Source of the DNA: a virus
DNA length: 64,000 bases
Reading direction: 5' to 3' (one strand)
IMG/VR virus record: IMGVR_UViG_3300032116_000089
Coordinates: 1 to 64,000 of that record
Under the pieces are notes generated by a model. That model saw only the letters and a list, made by a program, of their open reading frames with translations, did not search any database and was not told the DNA's origin. The first letter of the stretch is position 1. Every line of letters starts with the position of its first letter. A program made the position numbers and the translations under genes. Positions 8,438 to 21,400 of the stretch are shown here, piece after piece.

Positions 8438-11400
8438 TTATCCCGGAAGTGTTACATCGTTTGGATTGATTTTAAAGTCACTATCTGGCTTTTCGTATAG
8501 ACTATACGACGCTTTGAAATCCACATAGGGAGTATGGGCCATATAATGGTGATATGGTTCCTTTGAACATGGTTTATATCTACTCTTCATATCTGCCGCC
8601 GCTGCCTTGTAAGTCGCGGCTTGTCGTTGTATATTACTATCAAAAGAATTTTCTATATTCGTTATGTCGGCTTGGGTCATCATCGTAGAACTATAAACAT
8701 AATCAGTTTGATCAACTTGTCCCGGTGGAGTGCTTCCTTCTGTGCCAAACATAGCAGACGAATTACCAGCTAAAGATGCGCTGTAAGCCTTAGTCTCATA
8801 ATCAGAAACAGATGCTACCATGTACGTTGGGTAGTTTTTTGGTTGAGATGCAGCAGCGCCCATTCCAACGTTGCTCATCATAGTATTAATATTACCAATA
8901 ATATTTGTGCTAGACTGTGATTTGCCGATACCTTTTCGTATTAAAGCATTTCTTTCATCTCTTAATCTTTGTCTTTCTCTACTAATCTTAGAAATCATAT
9001 CTTGTTTTTGTTTTTGAAGTTTGCCAAAACTGGCTGTGTATAAATCCATTTTATATGTAGTTTTTATTCCACCTTCATTAACGTCTACAGATATATTAGT
9101 TACTAATGGACCGCCAGACAACAATACTTGACACAAAGATGTGGTTGGCATACCGGGATAACTAAATCCGCCTCTTTCGGAAAACAATAGCAAACTGTTT
9201 GCAAATTGAGCTTGTAAAACTCCAGCCTCATTCATTAATTCATAACCAGCATAATTCCAAGGAGATAAATTTTCGTCCTTTATGAACTCTACTCTTCCAC
9301 CTATATTTACATAGGCAGAGGATTGAACATCTACTTGAGATGAAACCCAAGGGCCATAACATCTCTCATTAGATATTAATGGAATTACTACTAAGTCTGG
9401 ATAAACAGGGGATGGAGAAGCCTGTTGAACCTGTTGAGGAAAACCAAATTGTAAAGAAGCTTTGGCTTTTTTAGATGCAAGCCATGCCGCACTTCTGGTT
9501 TCGGCAGTAAAAGTAGCACACGTTGGGTCGTTATGAGTTATGTTAGTTGTAGATGCCTTACTAGCATATGCTGGAGTAGCAAATTCTGGTAGTCCTTTTA
9601 CAACATCCATAGTAAGGTAATGTTTAATATCGTGAGTATTGTCTTTTTGATTTACTGAATCTGTATATCTGGCATCTTTAGTTGGTATAATTTTGTTTGG
9701 CAAAGTAATCAGTACATATACGTGATTAGTATCTAAATCTGATAAGTCTGTTCTGACCAAATCGCTGTTTAGTTCTGGAACCGGCTGTCTAAGAAAATCT
9801 AATCTTTGAGCATTTCCTTGTTCAGATGAAGTCGGAACAAAATTTAATTCTAGATATCTAAAACTATCAACATAGACGCCGGTTCCCGGAACAAGAGTTC
9901 CACCAACTATGCCATCTCTCCATCCAGAACATGGGATATGTATTTTGCGCGGCCTTGTTACTTTGGTTCTTGGATCTGCGCCACCATAGACTTGAATTGT
10001 TCTTAATGCTGTCTTTGGTGCCATATAAAATTTTTCGTCTACAGAACACTTGACAAATGCACATTGCTTTGGTTTATTTGTATTATCTGGCCTATCAGAG
10101 TCTGCTTCATCAAAAGATGTCCACACATCATCTCCAGTGTTATCTAAAAACTCACATATGTCTGGAATCATTCCTTGAGGAGTAATAACTTGTTGAGTAA
10201 AATCCTCAGAATTCATAGATCCCATATCTATATGTTGACTATTATCAAATCTAACATATGGAGATATTCTGCCATTTTCATCTAAGAAATTTGTTAAATC
10301 TTGCGGAACTAGAGAACTAACAATACCCATAGGTCTTGCTGCTTCTGGCAATCTGCTTAGATCAGCATATGATAATGTATTAGAATATAGATCAAATGGA
10401 AAGTATCCACCCAAGTTTGCTGGAGTGTAATTGAATTCATATTTATCTGTTATAGGATTAAAATTTGCTTTCAAAGCGCCGTTATAGCTTTGCTGCGATG
10501 GGTCAACGGCATCATTAAGAAAAGACTTAATCATGTTGCCACCACCTCCAGCACCACGGTACTGGGACACAAACCAAGGAGCAAATTCATCACCTATTCC
10601 AGAGGTAGATGGTCTTGGTTTAAATCCAAATGGGCCTGTAGCATATTCTGCACCGGCTGGTCCATTTTTCCAAGATACATTATTTTCATAGAATAGATTA
10701 ACTTTATTTGGTATTTTTACTAAGAATTTTTTACCTAAATTTTCATCTGCTACCCTTTTCAAAAATTCATATACCTTTAATGCATTTTCTGTTCCTTTTT
10801 TGGCTAGTCTTGGCAATACAGCATTGATTTTATGCAATGACTCTTCAATATCATTGAGTAAATCTATGTTAGGTGGAGTGCTTTGCAGCGCAGTTTTCAT
10901 AGCATTATAGTATTCTCTTTCAGCCGGTGTAAGAGATCCATAATCTTCGGCAATAACTTCTAATTCTTCCAATTGGTTATTTCTAATTTCTTCGTAATTT
11001 TCTCCATCAGCGCCGCGAATAGTTGCACCGCCAGTGATCATTCCTGTTATTCTCGACTGTAGCGTTGTTAATCCTCCCTCTGGTATTCCAAGTTTTGACA
11101 TACGTTTGTAATATAATGGATATCCATAGGGTGGATTGCAGGGACTTGATGGGAAGCCGTCTGATCCAAATGGTATAACGGCATAAGTGTCGAATACTGA
11201 TCTAGGAACAGTAACTCCATAATTATTAGATATATTTGGTGCTACCGGTATATTTGCTCCACCTAAACTTGGAGTTTGATTTAATACAGCGCCCTCAAAA
11301 CTATCATCATCTTCCAGCGATTCTAAATATGTGTTATTGTATCTACCTAAAAAGTTTTTCCAACATTCGTAAGAAATCGATGCGCATCTAAGTTCCATCT

Positions 11401-13231
11401 CTGTTGCAACATAATATGAACCTACACCATTGACGTTTAATCCAGTTGTATCTAATAAAATTTGTTGGTAAGCTCCCCAACCCTTGGGGATTGTTACGGC
11501 GTTTTTGCCAAGTGTCCCATAATATGGCAGTACTTGTTGTTCTAGTTGTTTTTCTAGTGTCCACTGTTTCCAATCTGCATCGTCTGATTCGCCACCGCTA
11601 CGACGATTTCGCACATTGATGAAATCTCTATCGGCATTAGTTGAAAAACAATACATATCAACTTCTTGTGCGCCAACCACGAATTTGTCTGTAGTTACAT
11701 TGGAAAGTTCATAGCCAACATCTTGATTTTCTACTAATATGCCAGATGTAGCTAGACTATCTATATATGTTTTTATAGCCCCGTAAACAGGCGCTCCAGA
11801 TCTGTCTATACTATCTAATCTTATTATTCCAGCAATTAGTTTAGTAGGATCAGAGTTTTGATTGTTGTAAAGAAATTGACACGCTGGATGATTTATAACT
11901 GGTAATAATGAAACATATAAATCTCTACTAGCAACATCGCAAATTTCCATTGCTAAATCTAAGAGATTTATTTGATCAAAATCCAAAAAATACATTAATG
12001 GTATTTGTGGTAGTCCGCTGAAATCTACCACATAATTATATCCACGAAAATTTATGATTTTACCAAATCCACGGGACTCATATTCATTCGGTAACGAAAA
12101 TTCTGTTGACATCATGGCTGACAAAGCCTGCGCAACTCTATAATAAGGAATGCCTTGCGGTCCTCTTCTGGAAAATCCAGTGCCTGTTACCGGAAAAGAC
12201 CTCTGTGAAGCTCCGAAGGATGGAAAACCGCCAGACCTATACCAACAATCCATTGGTAGATTATTTCCTTGAGAACCATTGTATGAAATATATCCATTAG
12301 AAGGATTGACTATCTTGGTCAATATATTGTAATTTTGAAATTCTGAACTTAATGTGCCAGACAAAGCTGCTGTCATGTTGTGTTCTAGAAATCCATATAC
12401 ATTGAAAATATTTTTTGTACTGAAAGTGGTGCCAGCGTAATTATTTAATATGATTATAACATTAGATAATATTTCTCTTGGATCAGTGACTTGAACAGAA
12501 TATAGTGGATTTCCACCGGGACCACGATTTTGTATATAAGATTGTAAAATTCCACCAAAAACTAAATGATTCATTCCACGCCTAAGTTCGTTATCTATTT
12601 GTCGTTGAAAACTATATATTTTGTTTGCTTCCAACATTACAAAACTATCATCTGGCAAAGACGTAAAATTATTTTTATCAAATACGCCAACCGGTTGAAT
12701 CGGTGTAGCTCTGCCAAGAGTATCCATGTTATATAGTTGATCGAATGTTTTCCGATAAGCTTGCTCAACGGTTGCCGAATCTTGTCCGAATTTAAAATAT
12801 ACTGGTGTTCCAGCTATTGGTGGCACAAATCTATCACCATTTCCACTGTGATAAACATCGTCACCTTGACCTTGCAAAGTATTATCAGAATTATTAAACT
12901 CATCATTTACTAAATCTACAGATAGAGTTGCGCTACTATCTCCAAATCCTCCGTTCATGCTAAAGCTACGTATCGACGCTCCAAGAAATGTCTGTTGTTT
13001 ATATCCTCTGTCATAAGTATTAGGAGTTGTTGGATCGATAGTCCATCCGCCGCCACCTATACCTTGAGGAATAACGCTACCACTATTTGAAGGCCAAGAG
13101 GTTCCATAAAAACCAGATGCTGGCAAAACACTTATATTAGATCTACCACCAATATTTCCAGCTGGAACTATCAATGAAGATTCATCAAATCGCGAATCTG
13201 TTAATTGTGTTGATGGGATTTCGTCGGTCAT
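8438..13231 (-). CDS. putative tail-tip hub / central tail protein (~1597 aa)
   Basis: Long ORF. N-terminal FLGASIRSFSMNGGFGDSSATLSVDLVND and late VTNISVDVNEGGIKTTYKM followed by a coiled coil resemble hub proteins. ATG 13231 has a GAGGA RBS and is preferred over TTG 13267. Confidence 0.5.
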   Translation of the reverse strand: MTDEIPSTQLTDSRFDESSLIVPAGNIGGRSNISVLPASGFYGTSWPSNSGSVIPQGIGGGGWTIDPTTPNTYDRGYKQQTFLGASIRSFSMNGGFGDSSATLSVDLVNDEFNNSDNTLQGQGDDVYHSGNGDRFVPPIAGTPVYFKFGQDSATVEQAYRKTFDQLYNMDTLGRATPIQPVGVFDKNNFTSLPDDSFVMLEANKIYSFQRQIDNELRRGMNHLVFGGILQSYIQNRGPGGNPLYSVQVTDPREILSNVIIILNNYAGTTFSTKNIFNVYGFLEHNMTAALSGTLSSEFQNYNILTKIVNPSNGYISYNGSQGNNLPMDCWYRSGGFPSFGASQRSFPVTGTGFSRRGPQGIPYYRVAQALSAMMSTEFSLPNEYESRGFGKIINFRGYNYVVDFSGLPQIPLMYFLDFDQINLLDLAMEICDVASRDLYVSLLPVINHPACQFLYNNQNSDPTKLIAGIIRLDSIDRSGAPVYGAIKTYIDSLATSGILVENQDVGYELSNVTTDKFVVGAQEVDMYCFSTNADRDFINVRNRRSGGESDDADWKQWTLEKQLEQQVLPYYGTLGKNAVTIPKGWGAYQQILLDTTGLNVNGVGSYYVATEMELRCASISYECWKNFLGRYNNTYLESLEDDDSFEGAVLNQTPSLGGANIPVAPNISNNYGVTVPRSVFDTYAVIPFGSDGFPSSPCNPPYGYPLYYKRMSKLGIPEGGLTTLQSRITGMITGGATIRGADGENYEEIRNNQLEELEVIAEDYGSLTPAEREYYNAMKTALQSTPPNIDLLNDIEESLHKINAVLPRLAKKGTENALKVYEFLKRVADENLGKKFLVKIPNKVNLFYENNVSWKNGPAGAEYATGPFGFKPRPSTSGIGDEFAPWFVSQYRGAGGGGNMIKSFLNDAVDPSQQSYNGALKANFNPITDKYEFNYTPANLGGYFPFDLYSNTLSYADLSRLPEAARPMGIVSSLVPQDLTNFLDENGRISPYVRFDNSQHIDMGSMNSEDFTQQVITPQGMIPDICEFLDNTGDDVWTSFDEADSDRPDNTNKPKQCAFVKCSVDEKFYMAPKTALRTIQVYGGADPRTKVTRPRKIHIPCSGWRDGIVGGTLVPGTGVYVDSFRYLELNFVPTSSEQGNAQRLDFLRQPVPELNSDLVRTDLSDLDTNHVYVLITLPNKIIPTKDARYTDSVNQKDNTHDIKHYLTMDVVKGLPEFATPAYASKASTTNITHNDPTCATFTAETRSAAWLASKKAKASLQFGFPQQVQQASPSPVYPDLVVIPLISNERCYGPWVSSQVDVQSSAYVNIGGRVEFIKDENLSPWNYAGYELMNEAGVLQAQFANSLLLFSERGGFSYPGMPTTSLCQVLLSGGPLVTNISVDVNEGGIKTTYKMDLYTASFGKLQKQKQDMISKISRERQRLRDERNALIRKGIGKSQSSTNIIGNINTMMSNVGMGAAASQPKNYPTYMVASVSDYETKAYSASLAGNSSAMFGTEGSTPPGQVDQTDYVYSSTMMTQADITNIENSFDSNIQRQAATYKAAAADMKSRYKPCSKEPYHHYMAHTPYVDFKASYSLYEKPDSDFKINPNDVTLPG

Positions 13232-13232
13232 A

Positions 13233-13616
13233 TCAAGATCCTCTATATTGTCTACTGTAAAGTTCAAATCTTATAGAAGCCAAAACCAAATTATTCATAA
13301 CATTAATTGTCGTAATTCCACCGTCTACATTCGTAATGCCAGCACTTGCTAAAGCTCCAAGTGGAGCGTGATGAATATAAGGATTATAAGCAACAAAATC
13401 TTCAATACCTTTTATTTTAGAATCAAGGCCGTTAGATACTCCAGTAGTTGGAAATGAAAGATAGTCTGGTGCTGCTAAACTACGATTAGATTCAGATGGA
13501 TTATAGGGAATATCATTTGCCAATCCTATTATACCGCTAGATAATACTCTCCTCAATTGGATACTATTATCAGTATAATTTTCTTCTACATTGCGAAACT
13601 CAGAATTAGTAGCCAT
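13233..13616 (-). CDS. small hypothetical tail-region protein
   Basis: 127-aa ORF tightly coupled to both neighbours. Confidence 0.5.
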   Translation of the reverse strand: MATNSEFRNVEENYTDNSIQLRRVLSSGIIGLANDIPYNPSESNRSLAAPDYLSFPTTGVSNGLDSKIKGIEDFVAYNPYIHHAPLGALASAGITNVDGGITTINVMNNLVLASIRFELYSRQYRGS

Positions 13617-15481
13617 TATCTATTTAACTCGTATGTCCAATTGATTTGTAAAGAATACCTTCCAGACTTAGCATCCCAACTTTCTACTGGGGGACTTATA
13701 AAATATTTTCTAATGCCATTTTCATTTATTGGACTATAAGCATGAATTATTGCATTAATCTGACTTTTATATGGTTCATTCAGACTTGGTTTTGATAATA
13801 CAGAAAATCGACGTATTTTGTCTTTCAATGTTCCTTGAGTGCCAAAAGAATAGTATCTGTCCATTATCAGTTCTATTGTAAGATCACGCTTGTACTCTGT
13901 TCTGCCGCCAATGTATTGTAAAACTGGGCCTGTTTGGCGACCCAAAACCGGTATAATTGCAAAAACATCGCCGGGATATGTATCATTAAATGAAATGTTT
14001 TCAGAAAGTGTACCATCAACTAGATTAAGCGGGCGACTGTCATACTCAACATTATAAGTAATTTCGCCTGTAAATTCATTTGTGCCTAAAGAAACAGATA
14101 ATGGAATATGATTTAAATTTTGATGTACAATAGATTGAGCGCGTCGGTATAGATAGCAATTTGGACCATACTGACCGGTGTTGCTGATTTGATGAAATTT
14201 GTATAAAGCATTTTGATATTGAGTATTTACATTTCCGCCGCCTAAGTTGATTGGAGTGGTTGTATTAGAACCTCCGTAGGATCCACCACCAGCATGTTGA
14301 CTAGATAAGCCTTTAATGTTACCCTCTATACTGACTTTATGTAAAGCATTATCTGAACTTTTAGATAAAGACATTCTATAATCTTCGTATGCAGTCCCAC
14401 TAGATAACAGCCAAGTATCATTTAGGGTAAATGTACCGGCGGTTACGTCAATAGATTCTGTTCGTAAGTGGTTGTAACCTCCCCATATATCTTTAGCTAT
14501 GTTTAAAAAACCACTACCAAAATATGGGCCAAGGCTATATTCTGGAAATTGTTCGTATCCAGTAGAGTTATTGGTTGATTCATCATCTGTATCTTTCAAA
14601 ACGCTAAGATATACATACTGCTTGGCTTGTTCCCACGCTTCTCTTCTCTTAGATTCGCCAACTCCATTTTCTTGGTAGTACATAGTTCTACCGGTAGCAG
14701 TAACGTTTCTAGTTAATCTGTATGTTCTTATAGAACCAATATGAGTATCTGGCAAAGTAGTTGGATTTGCTGCTGACGTATTTGTTACACCTTTGCCTTC
14801 ATCTACTTCTATGGACCAACTTTCACTATAGTCTTCAACGAAGCCGCTCGCCGCTAAAGCTGAAGCAAGTGATAGTCTGTTTCCGTCGTTGTTTCTATAT
14901 GGAATTCTATTGGCGCCCTCTGGAGTAAAAGTAGAATTCACTAATCCATCAGAAATAATATTATTGCCATTGTCTAATAGTACCTCTGCTCTTAAATTGA
15001 CAGTATATTTACAACTATTGATGTAAATGCCTTCTTCAAAACTAATAGACTCAACAATTGGATAAAATTTTAATATTGGTTCATCTGAAATGCCGGATGA
15101 TTCATCCTGCGGACTACCCGGATCGTTGTCCGCTGGCAATAGTTCAAATAATTGCCCGTCCTTTTTAAACAACTCTCTAATTAGATTTTGTTTTGCTATG
15201 ATAGATGACATAGCCTTTCCAACCGGAACTGACTCATGAGCCGGTCTATCATATTCATTTTTGAATGATGATCCAATAGATGCAGGACTAGAGTGAGAAG
15301 AAGCATTGCCAATTATGTAATATGGCGATCCTTCATCTGGTAAAATAGTACCATTTAAGGTGATACTATAGTAACTACCAAGCATACCAGTTTTATTTCT
15401 AATAGCATTTTGCGTAATAGAAATAAGTGGAACGGGCCTAATAATACATTTGGCACTGGTGTCATAAGAAATTGCTAGCAT
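13616..15481 (-). CDS. putative distal tail / baseplate protein
   Basis: 621-aa beta-rich ORF ending ESWDAKSGRYSLQINWTYE, located after the tape measure and the giant protein. Confidence 0.45.
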   Translation of the reverse strand: MLAISYDTSAKCIIRPVPLISITQNAIRNKTGMLGSYYSITLNGTILPDEGSPYYIIGNASSHSSPASIGSSFKNEYDRPAHESVPVGKAMSSIIAKQNLIRELFKKDGQLFELLPADNDPGSPQDESSGISDEPILKFYPIVESISFEEGIYINSCKYTVNLRAEVLLDNGNNIISDGLVNSTFTPEGANRIPYRNNDGNRLSLASALAASGFVEDYSESWSIEVDEGKGVTNTSAANPTTLPDTHIGSIRTYRLTRNVTATGRTMYYQENGVGESKRREAWEQAKQYVYLSVLKDTDDESTNNSTGYEQFPEYSLGPYFGSGFLNIAKDIWGGYNHLRTESIDVTAGTFTLNDTWLLSSGTAYEDYRMSLSKSSDNALHKVSIEGNIKGLSSQHAGGGSYGGSNTTTPINLGGGNVNTQYQNALYKFHQISNTGQYGPNCYLYRRAQSIVHQNLNHIPLSVSLGTNEFTGEITYNVEYDSRPLNLVDGTLSENISFNDTYPGDVFAIIPVLGRQTGPVLQYIGGRTEYKRDLTIELIMDRYYSFGTQGTLKDKIRRFSVLSKPSLNEPYKSQINAIIHAYSPINENGIRKYFISPPVESWDAKSGRYSLQINWTYELNR

Positions 15482-18400
15482 TATTTCCCTCTTACTCTAA
15501 GGTTAAGAGCATCTGATGAATTCCATGTCCCGCTAGTGGTAAGTGTGAGGCTTGAAGACAATGAAACGCCGCTTTCACTCTGGTTGAATAAATATAAACC
15601 AGATGGCAACGAGTCAGATATGCCACTGACACCACCATTATACAATCCTATTGTATTATACACATAGGCAGAATTTTCAGCATTCATAATTAATGGTAAT
15701 TGTGAACTAGGCTCTAAATTCTTGCCGTCTATATATAGGGACATTACAGAATCTAAAAGTACTCCATATTGATAATATCCAAGCACAGACTCAATATATG
15801 GTCGATGGGCTATAAATCCACGAATAGATGGGTCTTGACCAGATACCTCTAGGAATATCTCACCTCTGCTATTTGGTATGATTATGCCGCTAGAATAATA
15901 TGGCTTATTATTTCCACTATTTGTGAAATTCAACACAATTGTTGGTTCGCCATAAATATCGCGAGTTCCAAACAGTCGCGCATTGATCCAAGATCCAGAA
16001 TTCGGCAGCGATGGATTTTGCCTCTTGAGCATAATATCTTTTGCATATACTGCTCCAAGATTTAAAATATTATTTCCAGAGGCATTATCAACTCCAGCAA
16101 AAACAGTATAATCAGCATCCGATCTGTATGGTCTAGATAAATATATTGTTTTACCAAATCTTTCACCGCTTGAATTTGGAGATTCAGACACAAACTTTTC
16201 TACTAATGACCAAGATCTTGTTTTATTTTCCCAATCAATAACTTTATTTTCATATAGATAAATTGCCCCAGCTTTATCTGCATTAATTCCACTTGTTTCA
16301 AGTAATAATCTATTTCCAGAAATACCTAAATCAAAAATATTTCTTTGTGGAATATCAAACTGACCATTGAAATTCTTTCTTGCGAAAGCTCCGCTATCAA
16401 ATACATTTTCATAGAAAGTATCAAATTTGTGATTTGGCGCACCGATGATAATTGTATCATTCTTAATGTCAATATCATGTCCAAATTGATCTGAATAGGA
16501 ATTTACTCCACTTAGTTGACCCATTAAAGATTCTGGTCTAAACTTTTTGCTGTACTGCCATAAAAGATTGCCAGATCTTTCAAACATATAGACAGCCCCA
16601 GCGCCGCCGTCGTTTCCTAAATGTAAACTTACTCCACTATCCCAAGGTGTAATTGTTTCTGAAGAGAAGGCTGAGAATGGAGAACCAGCCATAATTTTGT
16701 CTTTGTGGACACACACCGCATAACCAAATAGATCTCCGGGATATCCAGAAACAAAATGATCCAAGTCAAGATAATCATATCCTTTATCTTTCAGTAACTG
16801 TGGCAAACCGCCACCTATTGGAGCGTCGGTGTATCTTACGCCATCAATAATGCCGCTGAACCTAGCGGTAGATGCATGATTAAACTGTTCGTAATAAAAT
16901 CCGCTAATATATTCGTTTCTAATTCGTGCTATGACCTTTTCGTCTTTTTCGCCTTCCCACGGTAAATCTGGACGTTTTGAAATATACTGCGGCAAGTATT
17001 GAGATTCGTACTTGTTAATTATGCTTGCCGTAACTGTACCAGATCCTCCAAAGTTTCTATTTATTCCACTAAGAGAAGAATTAAGATAATATTTACTTGG
17101 ACTACCTCGTTCTGGAGAAATAAGTTTGTTATATACATCAAATTGTCTGCCGCTATTATCAGATGTAAATGTAGTCTCTGGATATAGACTGCGAATGAAA
17201 GAATATGTCTCTTGTGGAATAACTCCATTATTATCAACTACATATCTACCTTGAATCATACTAGAGTCTGTTATAACTGTGATGCGTGAACGTGCATATC
17301 CAGCGTCAAATGGTGATAAAATTTCTATTTCTTGAGCGGCCACGACAGGACCATCATCTATCAACTGATTGCCCAAGAACATACATCTATCTGAACAATA
17401 CTTTGTATTATCTGTACTGATTGGTCTAATTACATCAACATATTCTTTTCGTTCTTCTTGCTTGTCTGAAACTTGAACTATATCGAATTCGTCTGTTGGA
17501 ATGGCAATTGGTGTAGACGAAACCTTAGTAAGTATTGGAATTAATACTCCAGATATTCCAACAAGTTTTATACTGCGTGGGATAATATCTGTTCCACTAT
17601 GTACTCTAGGAATGGCACATGAAATATAGATTTCGTTAAATGATTCGTTAGAGGCATTTTGAAATTTGATGGTTTTAGTTGCAGAAGATTGTGAGTCTTC
17701 CCCAAAGAATGCGGTTACAATTGGTAAGGAATCATATATTTGACCATTGGTGTCTAGTTCTGGTATAGAATATGATCCATTGGCACCATTAACTGGGAAT
17801 GATGGAGCTACAGATGCTTGAGCGATATTAAATTTTAGTGAGCCTATCTCAGATGGAGTATCAGCAGATGTAGTAATGAATAACTTATATCCAGATCCAG
17901 CCTGAGTTGGGACTGTTAGTCGCACAATACCAGCATTCATACTCCATAAAGTATCTATATTTTCTTTTGGAATTTCATCATATATAACTTCATCCGAAAG
18001 CGCAAAACCTATTCCACCTTCTGACAATGCTAATGGATAGCATTCTGCTGGAGTCTGGAATGGTAGATAGAATTCATCTATGTAGTAACGTGGATCATTA
18101 AAAAATCTACCGCCAACTTGGTGATCTCTATCAATTCTGAAGTAATATATTTTCGATTTTTGATACTTATTTAAATGAGAAAGATAAACTGGTTGTATGT
18201 CAATACCTAATTTATTGCATAGTATCTGTGCCTGCTGTACACTTTCTAATGAACCATCACAAGTAATAACTAGTTTTTTATTGCCAATATTTAGCCAATT
18301 CTTTAGTAGCAATAGTTCGTAATTACTTGGCTGACTATTTATAGCGGCAACCCAAGCAACATTGTAGCGACCATCTAATGACTCTGTTAATACATTTTCA

Positions 18401-21400
18401 TCCACACCATTACGATTATTCAAAAATATACTTCTTAAAATTGATTTGTCATATCCTGCTGCAAAGCTAGGTCTATTAGTCCATCCGCCCAACTGAGCAA
18501 TTACTGATTGACCCCTTTGAGTTTTAGAACTTGAAACTAGATTAACATAAAAACTAATATTTTCATCCTCTAATAATAAACAAGCCTCTGATTCTGTAAA
18601 CGTAGAGGCTAGTACAGATACAGAAGATGTTTTATTTGATGGATATTGATGCTCAACACCAAAGTATGTTTTATCTGAAACTGTTTTCTTAGATATGTAT
18701 GGTGTGATGTCTATTTTTGATATGCCGCGAGCTTGTAATACTCCACCTTCATCGGGAGTAAAGAAAGGCTCCGATGTGAGATTGCTAGTAATATTATATT
18801 CTATGCTGTCATACATATCGTGGTCGGCAGACCATGCAAAAACTAAGTTTTCGTCTTGTTGATCTCCAAGCTCATAATATGTTGTATTTTCATATATAAT
18901 ATTGAATTTTCTATCTCGTCTGAATTGAGCAGGAACTTCTGGATATATTATCTCTTGTATAACTTTTTCTGCTGCCGCTAATAATGGAATAGGCTCTTGA
19001 TTCTTAGTTGGTTTAGGAGGCGGAGGATTTGGTCCACAATCTGGAACAAAAGAACCAAAAATAAAGGGCCAATTCTTCTTGTATATAACCGTAGCAAAAC
19101 CTCTGGCAGTAGGCTTACAACAATAATCGTTCCATCCAGCTCTTAGATCTCCATAATTTTTAAGTGGCATTTCACAGCGTGTCTGTATCTGTTCTTTTTC
19201 GCCCTCTGGATCGCACAATACTTTTTCTTCGCATGGCATATGCTCTTCTTCATATTGAAAATAAATCTTTATATCGGCAACTCCGCTAGCTTTTAGTGGC
19301 ATTCTATTTGTAAATGTAGAAGTTGCGCCCTGTGGAATCATGGACGGAATGACATTATTAAAATCCGTATATCCATTTGGTAGAGATTCATATTGATTTC
19401 TTGCTGGCACAATCCTCATACGAGATTGCAATCTTTCTAAAAGCTTGTTAAGAATATCGTTAGACTTGGCGTATAATCCATTTCTTTCCCAAATTGGATC
19501 ATTAGCAACGAGAACTAGATTTCTATCACCCAGTGCGAGCCATCTCGCAATATTGTCAAACACTTCGTTACTAATACTTATAGCATCAGCAGAAGGTGTG
19601 ATGATAAATGCCAAACCGGCATCTGTGGGGATTTTAGAGTCTGTGAATTCTGTCTTAGTAAAGTTTTTGTCACTGAATATCTGCGATAGATATCCAAAGT
19701 GACCAGAATCTAGAGTATTGTCACTAGATAGCTCATGCAAGTTACCAAATCTACCAATTTCTACAGCCCTATTATGTGGAAAATATTTTCTAGATTGAAA
19801 TACGTGTACTGACCCAGCGTTAACGGCAGCAGACCAAGCTGGATCGATAACACTAGGTATTAATTCATTTGGATCACTATACAAAGTTTGGAATTTTGTT
19901 CCACCCTTAACGTGATAAACATCGGCGTCGTTGTAGAAATTTAAACTATCTGTAGGTGCGCCAGCAACAACTATACTACCGTCTTCATTGGTGTCAACAC
20001 TATAGCCTAGTCTAGATGTTGGAGCAAATTCTTGCGGTATGAATGTCCAAGATCCAATGGGTTGCATTCTTTCGTACCCAAATGTATGAATCTTTTGATA
20101 TTCTTGTATATTTAAATCTACTCTAGATTTGAACTTGTGTTCTGGATCTAATTGTATATACAATGCATAAGCAGCTTCTAAGCTAGGACGTTCTCTATAC
20201 TTCGTAACAGCTGTCTTGTATTTATCATAGTAATTAGATTCTACCCAACCTGCTAATAAAGAGTAATATAAGTCTCTTTGATCGTCTTTTCGTTCATAAA
20301 TATTAACTGCTTGCGTTGTATATGGAGATCCTATAACTACGACCTCGCCGTCATCGCTTATACTAACGGCATGACCAAATCTGTCTGGAGTGGTATATGT
20401 TACATTTTCAGATCGAATTTCTTGTATTAAATTCCAAGATCCACTTTCTTTTTCAAATATATATACTTTACCGCCACTCTCTGGAGGAACATTGAATTCT
20501 GATAAAGTAGTATTAAATATTCCAACTTTGTTAGTAAAGAATCTAAATCTGTCTTCTTGAATCATCTTTCCTGTATCTAATACTTCGGATAGTAAAGATT
20601 TAGACATTTCAATCCAATTTGCATCACCGTCTGATAGATATTCAACAACAAGACCAGATGATCTAACTCCAAAGGAATCAACAAGACCACTAGCAAAACT
20701 ATAGCTCTTATAAAAGTTGATAAATTCGTCTATTGCTGGTTCTAATGATTCTCGACCTAGAGAAACGCTGTTATCTATACAGATTCCTAAAACTGGAGGA
20801 ATGTTATTATTTAATTTACTTTCATCATATGGAAATGATTCAAAGAAAGTAGCTTTCATACCACTAACAGAATTGTCTATTATTTCTCTGCTAACTGGAT
20901 ATCCAACATTTCTACTAATATCACGTAAGGCTATAAAGTCTGGTTTTTCTGGAAAATATGTTTGCGACAATTCTTGATTGTTAGCCTTTGGCGGGCAAAT
21001 CATTAATCTTAGATCGAACTTTATTCTAGGATCAGAAAAATATCTAAACAACAGATCTTTATCAGCGACTGCTTCTAATACGTCGCGATATGTTAATATA
21101 ACTACTGACTTATTTATTACTACTGGTATTTCGTGCTTAAATTCATCAGAGAAAATCATTAGCCCAATGTTTACACCGGATGGATCGCCGTTGTCAAATA
21201 ATCTAGGTGTCCACTTTGCGCTGGGGCCACCGACAACAAGAGTCTGCTGGGAATCTTCACCAACAGATTTTTTATTGTGGTTTACAGCAAGGTCTAATGA
21301 GTGACCGAATTGTCTACCTTCTTGACCTACATACCAAGTAGTCATAATTGGATTGAATGGTAGGTCTTTGTATTTAACTTCTTTTGCTGTCGAGTAGTCC

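Noticed and set aside
13231-13267. Overlap of the 127-aa and 1609-aa ORFs suggesting a frameshift fusion
   Set aside because: An ATG at 13231 with a GAGGA RBS lies just after the upstream stop, so ordinary coupling explains it.
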